Source of the DNA: Paracoccaceae bacterium
Lineage (GTDB): Bacteria; Pseudomonadota; Alphaproteobacteria; Rhodobacterales; Rhodobacteraceae
Assembly (NCBI GenBank): GCA_902635985.1
Contig: CACPPZ010000001.1
Location: forward strand, 23,781-87,780
Reading direction: 5' to 3'
Length of the DNA: 64,000 nucleotides
Below are positions 29,927-39,931 of this stretch, piece by piece. The position numbers and the translations under genes are program-made. The stretch's first letter is position 1. The number at the start of each line of letters is the position of its first letter. Under the pieces are notes generated by a model. It was not told where the DNA came from. It ran no database searches and saw only the letters and a list, made by a program, of their open reading frames with translations.

Positions 29927-30895
29927 ATGAACGTAATTGAGATAACAAAACCGGGTGGCCCGGAGGTTTTAAAATTATCAACTAGGCCTAGTCCAAAGCC
30001 GGCAACTGGGCAAGTTCTGATAAAGGTTGCCTATGCTGGCGTGAATAGGCCAGATGCATTGCAGCGAGCAGGTCTTTACAAGCCGCCAAGTGACGCTTCA
30101 GATTTGCCCGGGTTAGAGGCAGCAGGTGAGGTTGTTGAAATTGGTAATGCTGTAAGCGGCATAAAAGTTGGTGACGCCGTATGTGCCTTACTACCTGGTG
30201 GGGGATACGCTGAGTATGTAACAACACAAGCCGCTCACTGTTTACCTATTCCAGAAGGTTTTTCGTTGAAACAAGCAGCTTGTTTGCCTGAGACTTTTTT
30301 CACAGTGTGGTCAAACGTAATGTTACGCGGCAAACTAAAGGCAGGAGAACGTTTCTTAGTGCATGGTGGTTCTTCCGGGATTGGAACTACTGCTATCCAA
30401 CTTGCAAATAAGATGGGGTCACGGGTTTTCGCCACTGCTGGCAACGATAAAAAATTATCAGCATGTATCAGATTAGGCGCTGAAGTCGCTATAAATTATA
30501 AAGAAAAAGACTTTGAAGAAGAAATTAAGAAGATAGGGGGGGTCGATGTAATCCTTGATATGGTAGGGGGTGATTACATTGCAAAAAATTTGAAGTGCTT
30601 AAAAGAAGATGGAAGATTAGTCCAAATAGCATTTCTCCATGGAGCCAAAGCAGAAGTAAATTTTGCTCAATTAATGATGCGCCGACTCACATTTACTGGG
30701 AGTACATTGAGACCCCAGTCAAGTGTTCAAAAAGCTCAGATAGCAAATGATTTGAGGGAAAAAGTTTGGCCATTATTGCGCCCTGGTGGTATTGAGCCTG
30801 AAATTGATAGTGAATACCCTTTGGTTAATGCATCAGAGGCGCATTTGCGGATGGAAAGTTCGGCTCACATCGGAAAAATAGTACTTAAAGTATAA
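29927..30895 (+). CDS. NAD(P)H-quinone oxidoreductase (PIG3 family MDR)
   Basis: GVNRPD.LQR.G.Y, VHGGSSGIGT and HIGKIVL motifs. Confidence 0.92.
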   Translation: MNVIEITKPGGPEVLKLSTRPSPKPATGQVLIKVAYAGVNRPDALQRAGLYKPPSDASDLPGLEAAGEVVEIGNAVSGIKVGDAVCALLPGGGYAEYVTTQAAHCLPIPEGFSLKQAACLPETFFTVWSNVMLRGKLKAGERFLVHGGSSGIGTTAIQLANKMGSRVFATAGNDKKLSACIRLGAEVAINYKEKDFEEEIKKIGGVDVILDMVGGDYIAKNLKCLKEDGRLVQIAFLHGAKAEVNFAQLMMRRLTFTGSTLRPQSSVQKAQIANDLREKVWPLLRPGGIEPEIDSEYPLVNASEAHLRMESSAHIGKIVLKV

Positions 30896-30911
30896 CAGTA
30901 ATAATCTTTAG

Positions 30912-31382
30912 CTACTTATACTCAATACTCAAAACTTCATAAGATTTTTCGCCACCGGGTGTTCTGACTTCAACGCTGTCGCCTACATCTTTCCTTATTA
31001 ATGCCCGGGCTATAGGTGATTTCACATTTAGAAGCCCTTTTTCAATATTAGCCTCATGCTCGCCAACAATTTGCCAAGTTTTTTCCTCGTCTGTTTCTTC
31101 ATCAACAACAGTAACAGTTGCTCCAAACTTTATTGATCCTGATAAAGATTTTGGATCGATTACTTCTACCAGTGAGAGGATAGCTTCAAGTTCTTTAATT
31201 CGCCCTTCAATAAAGCTTTGTTTTTCTCTGGCTGAATGGTATTCAGCATTTTCAGACAAGTCGCCGTGCTCTCGGGCTTCTGCGATGGCTCTAATTATTG
31301 CTGGACGCTCCTCTGATTTGAGAAGCTTTAACTCAGCTTCTAGAGCTGTATGTCCTGTGGGTGTAATGGGTATTTTTTCCAT
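30912..31382 (-). CDS. greA: Transcription elongation factor GreA
   Basis: AREHGDLSENAEY and SPIARAL motifs. Confidence 0.97.
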   Translation of the reverse strand: MEKIPITPTGHTALEAELKLLKSEERPAIIRAIAEAREHGDLSENAEYHSAREKQSFIEGRIKELEAILSLVEVIDPKSLSGSIKFGATVTVVDEETDEEKTWQIVGEHEANIEKGLLNVKSPIARALIRKDVGDSVEVRTPGGEKSYEVLSIEYK

Positions 31383-31640
31383 TCACATTTTCTTTCGTCA
31401 ACAGTAATTTTTAATAACTTAAGTTATAACATCGTAATTTTTAAATCTAAAATTGGCCAGTTCTTACACTAATAATATATCTTCGTAATTAAATGCATAA
31501 TAATCGTTAAATTCAAAACAATTTCTTAATATTTTGAGCTACAATGCCGCAAAAGCTAATTTTAACTGCAACAGCAATTGACGCACAATAAATAAGCACC
31601 ATAAATACAGTAAGAAGTTTAATTTAGTGGAGTTGAGACC

Positions 31641-33290
31641 GTGACAGCCGTAGAGCGTGAGACGATGGAATGCGATGTTGTTATTGTTGGAGCAGGGCCT
31701 GCGGGGTTATCAGCAGCAATTAGGTTAAAGCATCTGGACGAAAACTTAAATGTTATAGTTCTGGAAAAGGGCTCTGAGGTTGGTGCTCACATATTATCCG
31801 GAGCAGTTCTTGATCCATCTGGTTTGGATAGGCTAATGCCAGATTGGCGGGATCGCAATGCTCCAATAAATGTTCCCGTGAAAAAGGATAATTTTTATAT
31901 TTTGGGTGAAGCAGGGCAAATACGGCTACCAAATTTCTTAATGCCTCCGTTAATGAATAACCATGGCAATTACATCGTATCGATGGGTAACGTCTGTAGA
32001 TGGATGGCAGAGCAGGCAGAGGAGTTGGGCGTCGAAATTTTTCCTGGCATGGCATGTTCTGATTTGGTTTTTGGTGAGAATAATGAACTCAAGGGTGTCG
32101 TTGCAGGAGAATTTGGGCTGGGGCAGGATGGTAAGCCAAGCGATGCCTATGAACCAGGAATGGAATTACATGGTAAATATGTGTTTTTATCAGAGGGTGT
32201 ACGTGGTTCATTAACAAAAAAGCTAATACAAAAATACTCTTTGGACTCAGAGAGCGACGCACCTAAATTTGGACTTGGGATGAAAGAAATATGGGAAGTT
32301 CTTCCGGAAAACCATAATGAGGGTGAAGTAACTCATACACTTGGCTGGCCACTTGGATTTAAAAACTCTGGTGGCTCATTTGTTTATCATTTGGATAATA
32401 ACCAGGTCTATGTAGGCTATATTGTGGATTTGAATTATAAAAATCCATATTTGTTTCCCTACATGGAATTTCAAAATTTCAAGCATCATCCCAAAATTGC
32501 AAGTTTGCTAAAAGGTGGAAAACGGGTGGCTTACGGAGCAAGAGCTGTAACTAAAGGTGGTATACAATCAATTCCTAAGGTCGTGTTTCCCGGGGGAGCA
32601 CTTCTTGGGTGCTCTGCAGGTTTAGTAAACCTCCCACGAATTAAGGGTAATCATAATGCCATGCACTCGGGAATTGATGCCGCCGAAGCAGCGTTCAAGG
32701 CGATAAGTGCTGGTAGATCAGGCGATATTCTTCATGACTATGGCGAATCAATTAAAAATGGTCCTATTGGAAAGGATTTAAAAAAGGTCCGTAACGTAGC
32801 ACCTTTAAACGGCAGATTCGGTCCGTTAGCAGGTTTATTGATTGGTGGTTTTGATATGTGGTTCCAATCTATTTTTCGTTTTTCACTGCTTGGAACTTTA
32901 AAGCATGGCAAGTCAGATGCACAAAGTACAGAATTAGCTAAGAATCATAAAGAAATATCATATCCCAAGCCTGATGGATTGCTCAGTTTTGATAGGTTAA
33001 CAAACGTTTCCTTTAGCATGACAAATCACGAGGAATCTCAGCCGCCGCATTTAAAGCTGGCGGACAATAAAATTCCAACAAATTTTAATCTACCAAATTA
33101 TTCTGAGCCAGCCCAACGGTACTGTCCAGCTGGTGTATACGAAATTGTAAAAGAAGATGATGAAAATAGATTTGTGATTAACTTCCAAAATTGTGTTCAT
33201 TGTAAGACGTGTGATATCAAAGATCCAAGTGAAAATATTACTTGGGCAACTCCCCAAGGAGGTGATGGGCCCAATTATCCCAATATGTAA
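31641..33290 (+). CDS. Electron transfer flavoprotein-ubiquinone oxidoreductase
   Basis: GAGPAGL FAD motif, EKGSEVGAHILSGA, CPAGVYE and CVHCKTCDIKDP (4Fe-4S). Confidence 0.96.
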   Translation: MTAVERETMECDVVIVGAGPAGLSAAIRLKHLDENLNVIVLEKGSEVGAHILSGAVLDPSGLDRLMPDWRDRNAPINVPVKKDNFYILGEAGQIRLPNFLMPPLMNNHGNYIVSMGNVCRWMAEQAEELGVEIFPGMACSDLVFGENNELKGVVAGEFGLGQDGKPSDAYEPGMELHGKYVFLSEGVRGSLTKKLIQKYSLDSESDAPKFGLGMKEIWEVLPENHNEGEVTHTLGWPLGFKNSGGSFVYHLDNNQVYVGYIVDLNYKNPYLFPYMEFQNFKHHPKIASLLKGGKRVAYGARAVTKGGIQSIPKVVFPGGALLGCSAGLVNLPRIKGNHNAMHSGIDAAEAAFKAISAGRSGDILHDYGESIKNGPIGKDLKKVRNVAPLNGRFGPLAGLLIGGFDMWFQSIFRFSLLGTLKHGKSDAQSTELAKNHKEISYPKPDGLLSFDRLTNVSFSMTNHEESQPPHLKLADNKIPTNFNLPNYSEPAQRYCPAGVYEIVKEDDENRFVINFQNCVHCKTCDIKDPSENITWATPQGGDGPNYPNM

Positions 33291-33396
33291 TAAAGTGCAT
33301 TTTAGTGTTATAAATCGCTTGTGTTGCCACTGTTACTTATCTTAATCACAAAAAGTTAAGTGAAATTGTGCGAGAAGTAATAAGAAAGTATAAAAG

Positions 33397-35097
33397 TTGA
33401 AATTTTTTCATTATTGCACTTGTCTAATTATAGGTTTGCTTATTGCAAGCGTAACTAATGCGGAAATTAGCTTTGGTGGTTATTTAGCTGGGCGGCATGC
33501 GCTTTCGGCTAAAGATTTTGATGCAGCTTCAACGTATTTATCTAGAGTTATTAAAGACGATTCAGAAAATCCAGAGCTTTTGAATGGTCTAATAAGTGTT
33601 CAAGTTTCACTGGGCAATATTGCCGCTGCCAAGCATTCCGCTGATAACTTAGATCTTATTAACGTTCAGACTCAATTATCAAATATGGTAACAGTCGCAA
33701 CACAATTACACTCACGGGATTATGGTAAGGCAAAAGGTCAGATTAATAATGACCAAGGTATTAATCCATTACTGGATAAAATAGTAATTGGATGGGCGTT
33801 AGCCGAAGAGGGTAATTTTGAAGATGCAAAACTTATCTTTGATGAAATTGGTGAGGGCTCTTCACTTGCGCAGTTTTCTCAAATGCAAAAAGCCTCAATG
33901 TTGGCTGCCTATGGACGATATCAAAGCGCTCTAACCACTATAGAGAACTTAGAGATGAGTTCGACCAGAATGTCCGCAGATACCAGTGTAATGAAGGTCC
34001 AACTGCTTTTGAAGCTCGATAAGAAAGATGAAGCTGCTGAATACTTTTCAAAAGTTTTCGGTGAGGGGTTGAGTGCTGATGCACTGAGTTTGCGTTCGCA
34101 AATAGAAGATCATCCAGATGCTCCATCCATAGATAAAAGTCTCTCACTGGAAGCGGGGATTTCATATGCATTTTATGCAATTGCTGATATCCTCAAAGAC
34201 GAGGCAGACCCAAATACGGCACTTTTATATGTTCGCCTTGCCCAATATCTGAACGCAAATAGTCAGAAAGCTGTCTTATTGGCAGCTGATTTGTTGGAAC
34301 AAATGGGGCAACATGATTTAGCAGTGAAAGAGTATGCAAAAATTTCACCATCAAGTTCGTATTTTCTCAGTTCAGAATTAGGTCGGGTGGGAGCGCTTAG
34401 AGCCGGAGGTAAGACTGAAGCTGCTCTTGAGGTTTTATATTTTCTATCAAGAGAATTTGCCGATAAGGGCATTGTACATAATTCGTTGGGTGACTTTTTA
34501 AGGAGGGAAGAACGCTATAGTGAAGCCAGATTAGCATATGACCAAGCCATAGATATATATAGGGAAAACAATAATATTACTTGGGTTGTTCTTTACGCTC
34601 GGGGTATAACACATGAACGATTAAAAGAATGGGATAAAGCGGAGTCCGATTTTCGGAATGCACTAACAATTAAGCCAGATCAGGCAAATGTCTTAAATTA
34701 TCTAGGATACTCTTTAATTGACCGAGGTGAGAAGCTTGAAGAAGCAATGACAATGATTGAAAAAGCGGTGAGCCTACAGCCTGAAAGTGGTTATATTGTG
34801 GATAGTTTGGCATGGGGCCTTTTTAAATTAGGTAAGTATGAAGCTGCTATCCCACATATTGAAAAGGCCGCTGAGTTGATGCCTGTAGATCCAATTGTAA
34901 CGGATCATCTGGGTGATCTATATTGGGCAGTCGGCCGTCAGTTGGAGGCTAAATTTCAGTGGAGGCGTGCCTTGTCTTTTGACCCTGAATTAAAGGATGC
35001 AAACAGAATAAGAGAAAAGTTACGAGTTGGCCTTGATAGAGTTTTGATTAATGAAGGGTTAAAACCAACATCTGAATTATACGCAAATGATAAGTGA
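33397..35097 (+). CDS. Exported tetratricopeptide repeat protein
   Basis: Signal peptide; VLNYLGYS, YIVDSL.W and DHLGD.YW TPR motifs; upstream of ispE. Confidence 0.88.
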   Translation: MKFFHYCTCLIIGLLIASVTNAEISFGGYLAGRHALSAKDFDAASTYLSRVIKDDSENPELLNGLISVQVSLGNIAAAKHSADNLDLINVQTQLSNMVTVATQLHSRDYGKAKGQINNDQGINPLLDKIVIGWALAEEGNFEDAKLIFDEIGEGSSLAQFSQMQKASMLAAYGRYQSALTTIENLEMSSTRMSADTSVMKVQLLLKLDKKDEAAEYFSKVFGEGLSADALSLRSQIEDHPDAPSIDKSLSLEAGISYAFYAIADILKDEADPNTALLYVRLAQYLNANSQKAVLLAADLLEQMGQHDLAVKEYAKISPSSSYFLSSELGRVGALRAGGKTEAALEVLYFLSREFADKGIVHNSLGDFLRREERYSEARLAYDQAIDIYRENNNITWVVLYARGITHERLKEWDKAESDFRNALTIKPDQANVLNYLGYSLIDRGEKLEEAMTMIEKAVSLQPESGYIVDSLAWGLFKLGKYEAAIPHIEKAAELMPVDPIVTDHLGDLYWAVGRQLEAKFQWRRALSFDPELKDANRIREKLRVGLDRVLINEGLKPTSELYANDK

Positions 35098-35920
35098 ATT
35101 TGCGCCAGCAAAAATTAATCTATCACTGCATCTTGTGGGTCAAAAAAGTAATGGTTACCATTTGCTCGATAGTATCGTGTCTTTTGTTAATGTTGGTGAC
35201 AATATAAGTATAGCACCGGGAAAGTCCGGCGATTTAAAGGTTGCTGGTCCCTTTGCAAAAGATTTACCTAGCGCTAATAACAATTTAGTCTTAAAAGCTG
35301 CTCGCTTATTCGGCAGTATTAAACTTTCTCAGATAACTTTAGAAAAAAATATTCCAGTGACATCAGGTATTGGCGGTGGATCAGCAGATGCTGCTGCGAC
35401 AGTGCGGCTATTTTCCAAATTCTATAATAAGCCGGAACCTCCGATTGGAAAATTAATTTCCTTAGGCTCTGATGTGCCGGTATGCATGCAAAAAGGCATT
35501 GTTCGGATGATGGGTGTTGGCGAAGAGATTATTAATTTATCGCCTGCTCCAAAGGTGGGAATTCTCTTGGTTAACCCTCGTAAGGCTTTATCAACAGCCG
35601 AGGTATTCAATGGTGTGAAAGAGAAAAATAACTCGGGAGTAAATTTGCACGGTTCAATTGAGAAAAATCTTAATTCATGGTTTGACTGGATTAATTCAAT
35701 GAGAAATGATCTTACTGCTTCTGCTATAGATTTAATACCAGATATAAGGTTTATCCTTGATAAACTTATAGCTTGCGATGGCGCTAGGGTTGTTCGAATG
35801 TCCGGCTCTGGAGCTACTTGTTTTGCCCTTTTTGAAGATTTTGATCTCTTGCAGAATGCGAAATTTAAAATTATGAAGGAATGCCCCTCTTTTTGGTGTG
35901 AAGCAGGTAAACTTATTTGA
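35087..35920 (+). CDS. ispE: 4-diphosphocytidyl-2-C-methyl-D-erythritol kinase
   Basis: APAKINL.LH, GYH.L, KNIP..SGIGGGSADAA and MSGSG motifs. Confidence 0.95.
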   Translation: MISEFAPAKINLSLHLVGQKSNGYHLLDSIVSFVNVGDNISIAPGKSGDLKVAGPFAKDLPSANNNLVLKAARLFGSIKLSQITLEKNIPVTSGIGGGSADAAATVRLFSKFYNKPEPPIGKLISLGSDVPVCMQKGIVRMMGVGEEIINLSPAPKVGILLVNPRKALSTAEVFNGVKEKNNSGVNLHGSIEKNLNSWFDWINSMRNDLTASAIDLIPDIRFILDKLIACDGARVVRMSGSGATCFALFEDFDLLQNAKFKIMKECPSFWCEAGKLI

Positions 35921-36914
35921 CGCGATCTACAACATAATCTGCTAAATTTATAAGTATCAATTTAATATTATTATCAGGAACAGCACCTAAGGCTTCCTTT
36001 GCTATCTTCCCCCATTCAAGTGCATCGGATCTAGTTTTTTCTATTGCCCCATATTTTTTCATCAATTCAAGAGCTATATCAAAGTCTTCAGCTGTTTGCT
36101 TTCCTTTTTCTATAGTACGCTTCCAGAACTTACGTTCATTTGTATCACAGCTTGAAATAGCTTTTATAAAAGGTAGTGTTAGCTTGCGTTCGCGAAAGTC
36201 GTCTCCATTATTTTTACCAATTAATTTACTGTCACCTTCAACATCTAAAAGATCGTCGACTATTTGAAACGCAATCCCAAGTGCGTCACCGTAATTGTAA
36301 AGTGCATTCGTTATTTTTGCATCAGCTTCAGAAATTATAGCTCCTACTTGAGTAGCAGCAGAAAATAAAGCTGCTGTTTTGCCACGTATAACTTTTAAGT
36401 AGATTTCTTCGTTAGTACTAATATCTCTGGATACAGTTAGTTGTAGCACCTCACCTTCTGCTATTGTGGCGGATGCGTTTGCTAAGATATTTAGAACCTC
36501 TAGTGAACCTGTTTCAACCATCAACTGAAAGGATCTTGAAAACAAGTAATCCCCAACAAGAACTGAAGATTTATTATCCCATAAAAGATTCGCAGAAGGC
36601 TTTCCTCGACGTTTTTCACTTTCATCAACGACATCATCGTGAAGAAGGGTTGCGGTATGAATAAATTCTACAACGGCAGCCAAGTGAATATGATATTGCC
36701 CTCCATATCCACACATTTTTGCTGAAGCCAAGGTCAAAAGTGGTCTCAACTTTTTGCCGCCAGCATTTATCAGGTGCGATGCTATTTCGGGTATTCGAGG
36801 CGCATACTCAGATGTCATCCGCTCATGAATTAAATTATTCACCGCCTCCAACTCTTCCTTCAGTAGCTCAGAAAGTAAATCATGCGGTCTTTCATTATTG
36901 TTGTCTGACGCCAT
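35913..36914 (-). CDS. ispB: Polyprenyl (octa/decaprenyl) diphosphate synthase
   Basis: GGKKLRP, LLHDDVVD and FQIVDDLLD motifs; GAGGA RBS before ATG 36914. Confidence 0.9.
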   Translation of the reverse strand: MASDNNNERPHDLLSELLKEELEAVNNLIHERMTSEYAPRIPEIASHLINAGGKKLRPLLTLASAKMCGYGGQYHIHLAAVVEFIHTATLLHDDVVDESEKRRGKPSANLLWDNKSSVLVGDYLFSRSFQLMVETGSLEVLNILANASATIAEGEVLQLTVSRDISTNEEIYLKVIRGKTAALFSAATQVGAIISEADAKITNALYNYGDALGIAFQIVDDLLDVEGDSKLIGKNNGDDFRERKLTLPFIKAISSCDTNERKFWKRTIEKGKQTAEDFDIALELMKKYGAIEKTRSDALEWGKIAKEALGAVPDNNIKLILINLADYVVDRVK

Positions 36915-36967
36915 TTTATCCTCAGTGTGACCTCGACATAATTTAAATTTATTTCTACTATTGTCCA

Positions 36968-37186
36968 ATGAAAGAGCTATTACGAACACAGGATCTGACA
37001 GTCATGCTTTATGCGAAGACAATATTAGACGGTCTTGGTATAACTAGCTTTGAAGCTGACGTAAATATGAGCAATTTATATGGTGTCCTACCGCGTCGGC
37101 TTTTGGTGGTAGAGCAAGATTTCGAAGAAGCGCTAGATGCTCTTGTTTCGAATGGTGTGGATGCAGATTTTTTTAATGTTAAATAA
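36968..37186 (+). CDS. DUF2007 (putative signal-transducing) small protein
   Basis: MKELLRT.D, D.NMS and PRRLLV motifs; position between the polyprenyl synthase and methyltransferase genes. Confidence 0.75.
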   Translation: MKELLRTQDLTVMLYAKTILDGLGITSFEADVNMSNLYGVLPRRLLVVEQDFEEALDALVSNGVDADFFNVK

Positions 37187-37970
37187 CTTTTCGACTGATG
37201 ATTTTTTAGGTGGTAAGCTTAGGGTTAGGCAACCAAAACAAGGTTATAGAGCTGGCATTGATCCTGTACTGCTTGCAGCATCAGTAAATGCTCATGTGGG
37301 AGATAATATACTTGATCTTGGGTGCGGAGTGGGCGTTGCGAGCTTGTGTCTTTCATATCGAATTTCTGGATTAAATATTTATGGTGTAGAAATTCAAAGT
37401 GATTACGCAGCCTTGGCGAGTGAAAATGGAAAATTAAATTCTATCGATTTGAATGTAATTAATGCTGATATAGCTAAATTACCTGGTCGTTTAAGGCAGA
37501 TTCAATTTGACCACGTAATTGCAAATCCACCTTATTTTGATAGGCTAGCGTCTACCTCGTCATTTAATCAAGGACGCGATATTTCTAGGATACTAAACAC
37601 TCCATTGGTAGATTGGGTATCGATTATGGCTCAGCGGCTTAAGCAAAAAGGTTGGGCCCATTTGATTTACCGTGTTGACCAATTTGATACTCTATTTCCT
37701 CTATTAACTTCTCGTTTTGGAAGCTTTGTGTTGACACCTATCGTTCCCAGGGCGGAGCGGGAGGCTGAACTGATAATAATCCATATGAGAAAATCAGGGA
37801 GAGCAGCTTTCCGTTTAGAGTCGCCGCTATGTTTGCATAAGGGCCTTAAGCACATCGAGGATGCGAGTGATTATACCGAGAAAGTCGAAGATATTTTGCG
37901 GGGTCGCGGAAATTTAACTTCATGGCAAAAAAATAAAAAACCTTTCAAAAACGATTACGTACAATTCTAA
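37176..37970 (+). CDS. tRNA1(Val) A37 N6-methyltransferase-like SAM methyltransferase
   Basis: QP..GYRAGID, LDLGCGVG and NPPYF motifs. Confidence 0.85.
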   Translation: MLNNFSTDDFLGGKLRVRQPKQGYRAGIDPVLLAASVNAHVGDNILDLGCGVGVASLCLSYRISGLNIYGVEIQSDYAALASENGKLNSIDLNVINADIAKLPGRLRQIQFDHVIANPPYFDRLASTSSFNQGRDISRILNTPLVDWVSIMAQRLKQKGWAHLIYRVDQFDTLFPLLTSRFGSFVLTPIVPRAEREAELIIIHMRKSGRAAFRLESPLCLHKGLKHIEDASDYTEKVEDILRGRGNLTSWQKNKKPFKNDYVQF

Positions 37971-38047
37971 TTTTAGGTAAATTCTTAGGTGACACACAGA
38001 CATATTTATGCTCAACTTCAAGTATAAGATTTTACAGGAGATAATAG

Positions 38048-38212
38048 ATGACAATTTCTTCCCACGTCCTCAACCTTCGTAAAAAGCATCAGGAACTTTC
38101 AGAAGAAATAGCAGAAGCTCAGAGAAACTTAGCCACTGACGATTTGCTCGTTACAGAAATGAAGAAGCGAAAATTAAAAATTAAAGAAGAAATTTTCCGA
38201 CTACAGACCTAG
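38048..38212 (+). CDS. DUF465/YdcH family small protein (54 aa; not in ORF track)
   Basis: Manual translation MTISSHVLNLRKKHQELSEEI...EMKKRKLKIKEEIFRLQT; AGGAG RBS. Confidence 0.85.
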   Translation: MTISSHVLNLRKKHQELSEEIAEAQRNLATDDLLVTEMKKRKLKIKEEIFRLQT

Positions 38213-38249
38213 ATCATACGTAAATGTATCCGAAATTTATACTTAGCGG

Positions 38250-39281
38250 TCAATCTTTTTTGCAACGTATTGTTTCGCCCCGGTTAAAATTTGGTTCCAA
38301 CTCAATTACTGTGCCTTGAGATTCGTTAGATTCATTAAGCCTTGCTATAATAATTTTAGCAGATTTTTGTCCTATTTCATACCTACAAGCGTCCATTGTC
38401 GCCAACTTCATAGGTAAACCGTCCAATAATTCCAATCCATTAAAACCTGCTAGTCCAATGTCTTCCGGAATCTGTTTTCCACAATCGAGTAAATGCAGCA
38501 ATCCTCCAGCACCCACCATATCATTTGAATAAAAAATAAAGTCTAAATCAGGATGTTTTTTGAGGATCAATTTGGTTAGATCGCGCCCTTTTGCAAGTGC
38601 TGATCCACCCGAATAAAACTCTGTTCCTACTATTTCCATATTTGAATTTTTGAGTGCTTCTGATAAACCATCAAAACGTTTTTGTGCTCTATGGTCGAGT
38701 GGCATCTTTGTTCCTAAAAATCCAATTTTTTTGTAGCCAGATGCAATTATTTCTTCGGCCATCAGTCTACCGGCGCGTCGGTGTGATATTCCAACCATTC
38801 CATCAATAGGATTTCCATCCACATCCATTATTTCCACAACAGGAATTCCTGAGTTTTTGAGCATCATTCGCGCTGTTTCAGAGTGTTCTAGGCCGGCAAT
38901 AATTATTCCAGTTGGTCTCCATGATAACATCTGATATAGAACTGTTTCTTCCTTTTCAGGTATATAATCTGTTATGCCGACTACTGGTTGTAGATCAGTA
39001 TTCTCCAAAACAGAGTTTATACCCATCATGACCTCAGGAAAAACCATATTGGACATACTTGGGATAATTACAGCAACCAAGTTTACACGCTGACTTGCGA
39101 GTGCCCCTGCGATTTTATTTGGTACGTAACCCAAATCCTTTGCAGCCTTAAGAACTCGATCTCGCGTATTTTGAGAGACATCACCTCTTCCTCTGAGCAC
39201 TCGACTAACAGTCATTTCTGAAACCCCCGATGCTTCAGAAACGTCCCTGAGTGTAAGGGGGCGCTTACGCGTTGGTTGCAA
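38250..39281 (-). CDS. LacI family transcriptional regulator (gluconate-repressor-like)
   Basis: TLRDVSEASGVSEMTVSRVL HTH, LGYVPN..A..L hinge, sugar-binding domain. Confidence 0.93.
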   Translation of the reverse strand: MQPTRKRPLTLRDVSEASGVSEMTVSRVLRGRGDVSQNTRDRVLKAAKDLGYVPNKIAGALASQRVNLVAVIIPSMSNMVFPEVMMGINSVLENTDLQPVVGITDYIPEKEETVLYQMLSWRPTGIIIAGLEHSETARMMLKNSGIPVVEIMDVDGNPIDGMVGISHRRAGRLMAEEIIASGYKKIGFLGTKMPLDHRAQKRFDGLSEALKNSNMEIVGTEFYSGGSALAKGRDLTKLILKKHPDLDFIFYSNDMVGAGGLLHLLDCGKQIPEDIGLAGFNGLELLDGLPMKLATMDACRYEIGQKSAKIIIARLNESNESQGTVIELEPNFNRGETIRCKKD

Positions 39282-39303
39282 TTCATTTCCTTTCTATGGA
39301 GAT

Positions 39304-39408
39304 ATTCTTTAACATTTAGTTGTAGATCAAAATTATTTAAAATGACATGCTAAAGTAAAATTGTCATTATTTAAATAATTTTGGCTCATTGACTAAATAC
39401 TTGAGAAT
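39304..39408. repeat. ~105-bp imperfect inverted repeat at the left edge of the accessory cluster
   Basis: Paired blocks: ATTCT/AGAAT, ATTTAGT/ACTAAAT, CAAAATTATTTAAA/TTTAAATAATTTTG (14 bp perfect), ATGACA/TGTCAT; 14-nt loop. Confidence 0.7.
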
Positions 39409-39499
39409 TTAAGAAAATATTAGCTAAAATATGGTAACAACGTCTTAATATGGTACCTCTTAATTAATAATTAATCTATCTATAATCAGGAAAGTAAAT

Positions 39500-39826
39500 T
39501 TGTCCCATATTAAAGTAAAAAAGGTTACAATTAATAGTAAAGAACTCTTAACTGCGTTAAAAGACTTGTACATCGCGTTAGTCTCAATTGATGAGAAAAA
39601 CAGGATTAGTGAATTAGCGAACTGCGAACAAAACTTAGACTTTCTTCGTGATAAAATGTCCACTGAATTATACGCCAAGTTAAAAGATATGGCATCTGAA
39701 GTTATTAACATGCCCAGTAGTTGGTCGGGAGATCTCGAGGAAGCAATGAGAATTGATATATTAACATCCAAAATTGAACCTTTATGGGAAAACTTCGATG
39801 CAGAATGGAAAAAGAATTGTAATTAG
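39500..39826 (+). CDS. Hypothetical protein (helical, no family recognised)
   Basis: 108-aa ORF with AGGA upstream of TTG and plausible composition; no motif recognised. Confidence 0.55.
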   Translation: MSHIKVKKVTINSKELLTALKDLYIALVSIDEKNRISELANCEQNLDFLRDKMSTELYAKLKDMASEVINMPSSWSGDLEEAMRIDILTSKIEPLWENFDAEWKKNCN

Positions 39827-39931
39827 CATTTTATCTCTCATTTCTAAGTAGAGTCATATGAAGTAAAAGCAATTGTAGTTATCTGGCTCAAAGATTTTTG
39901 ATTTAAGTAAATAGATAAACGGGGGAAGCAT

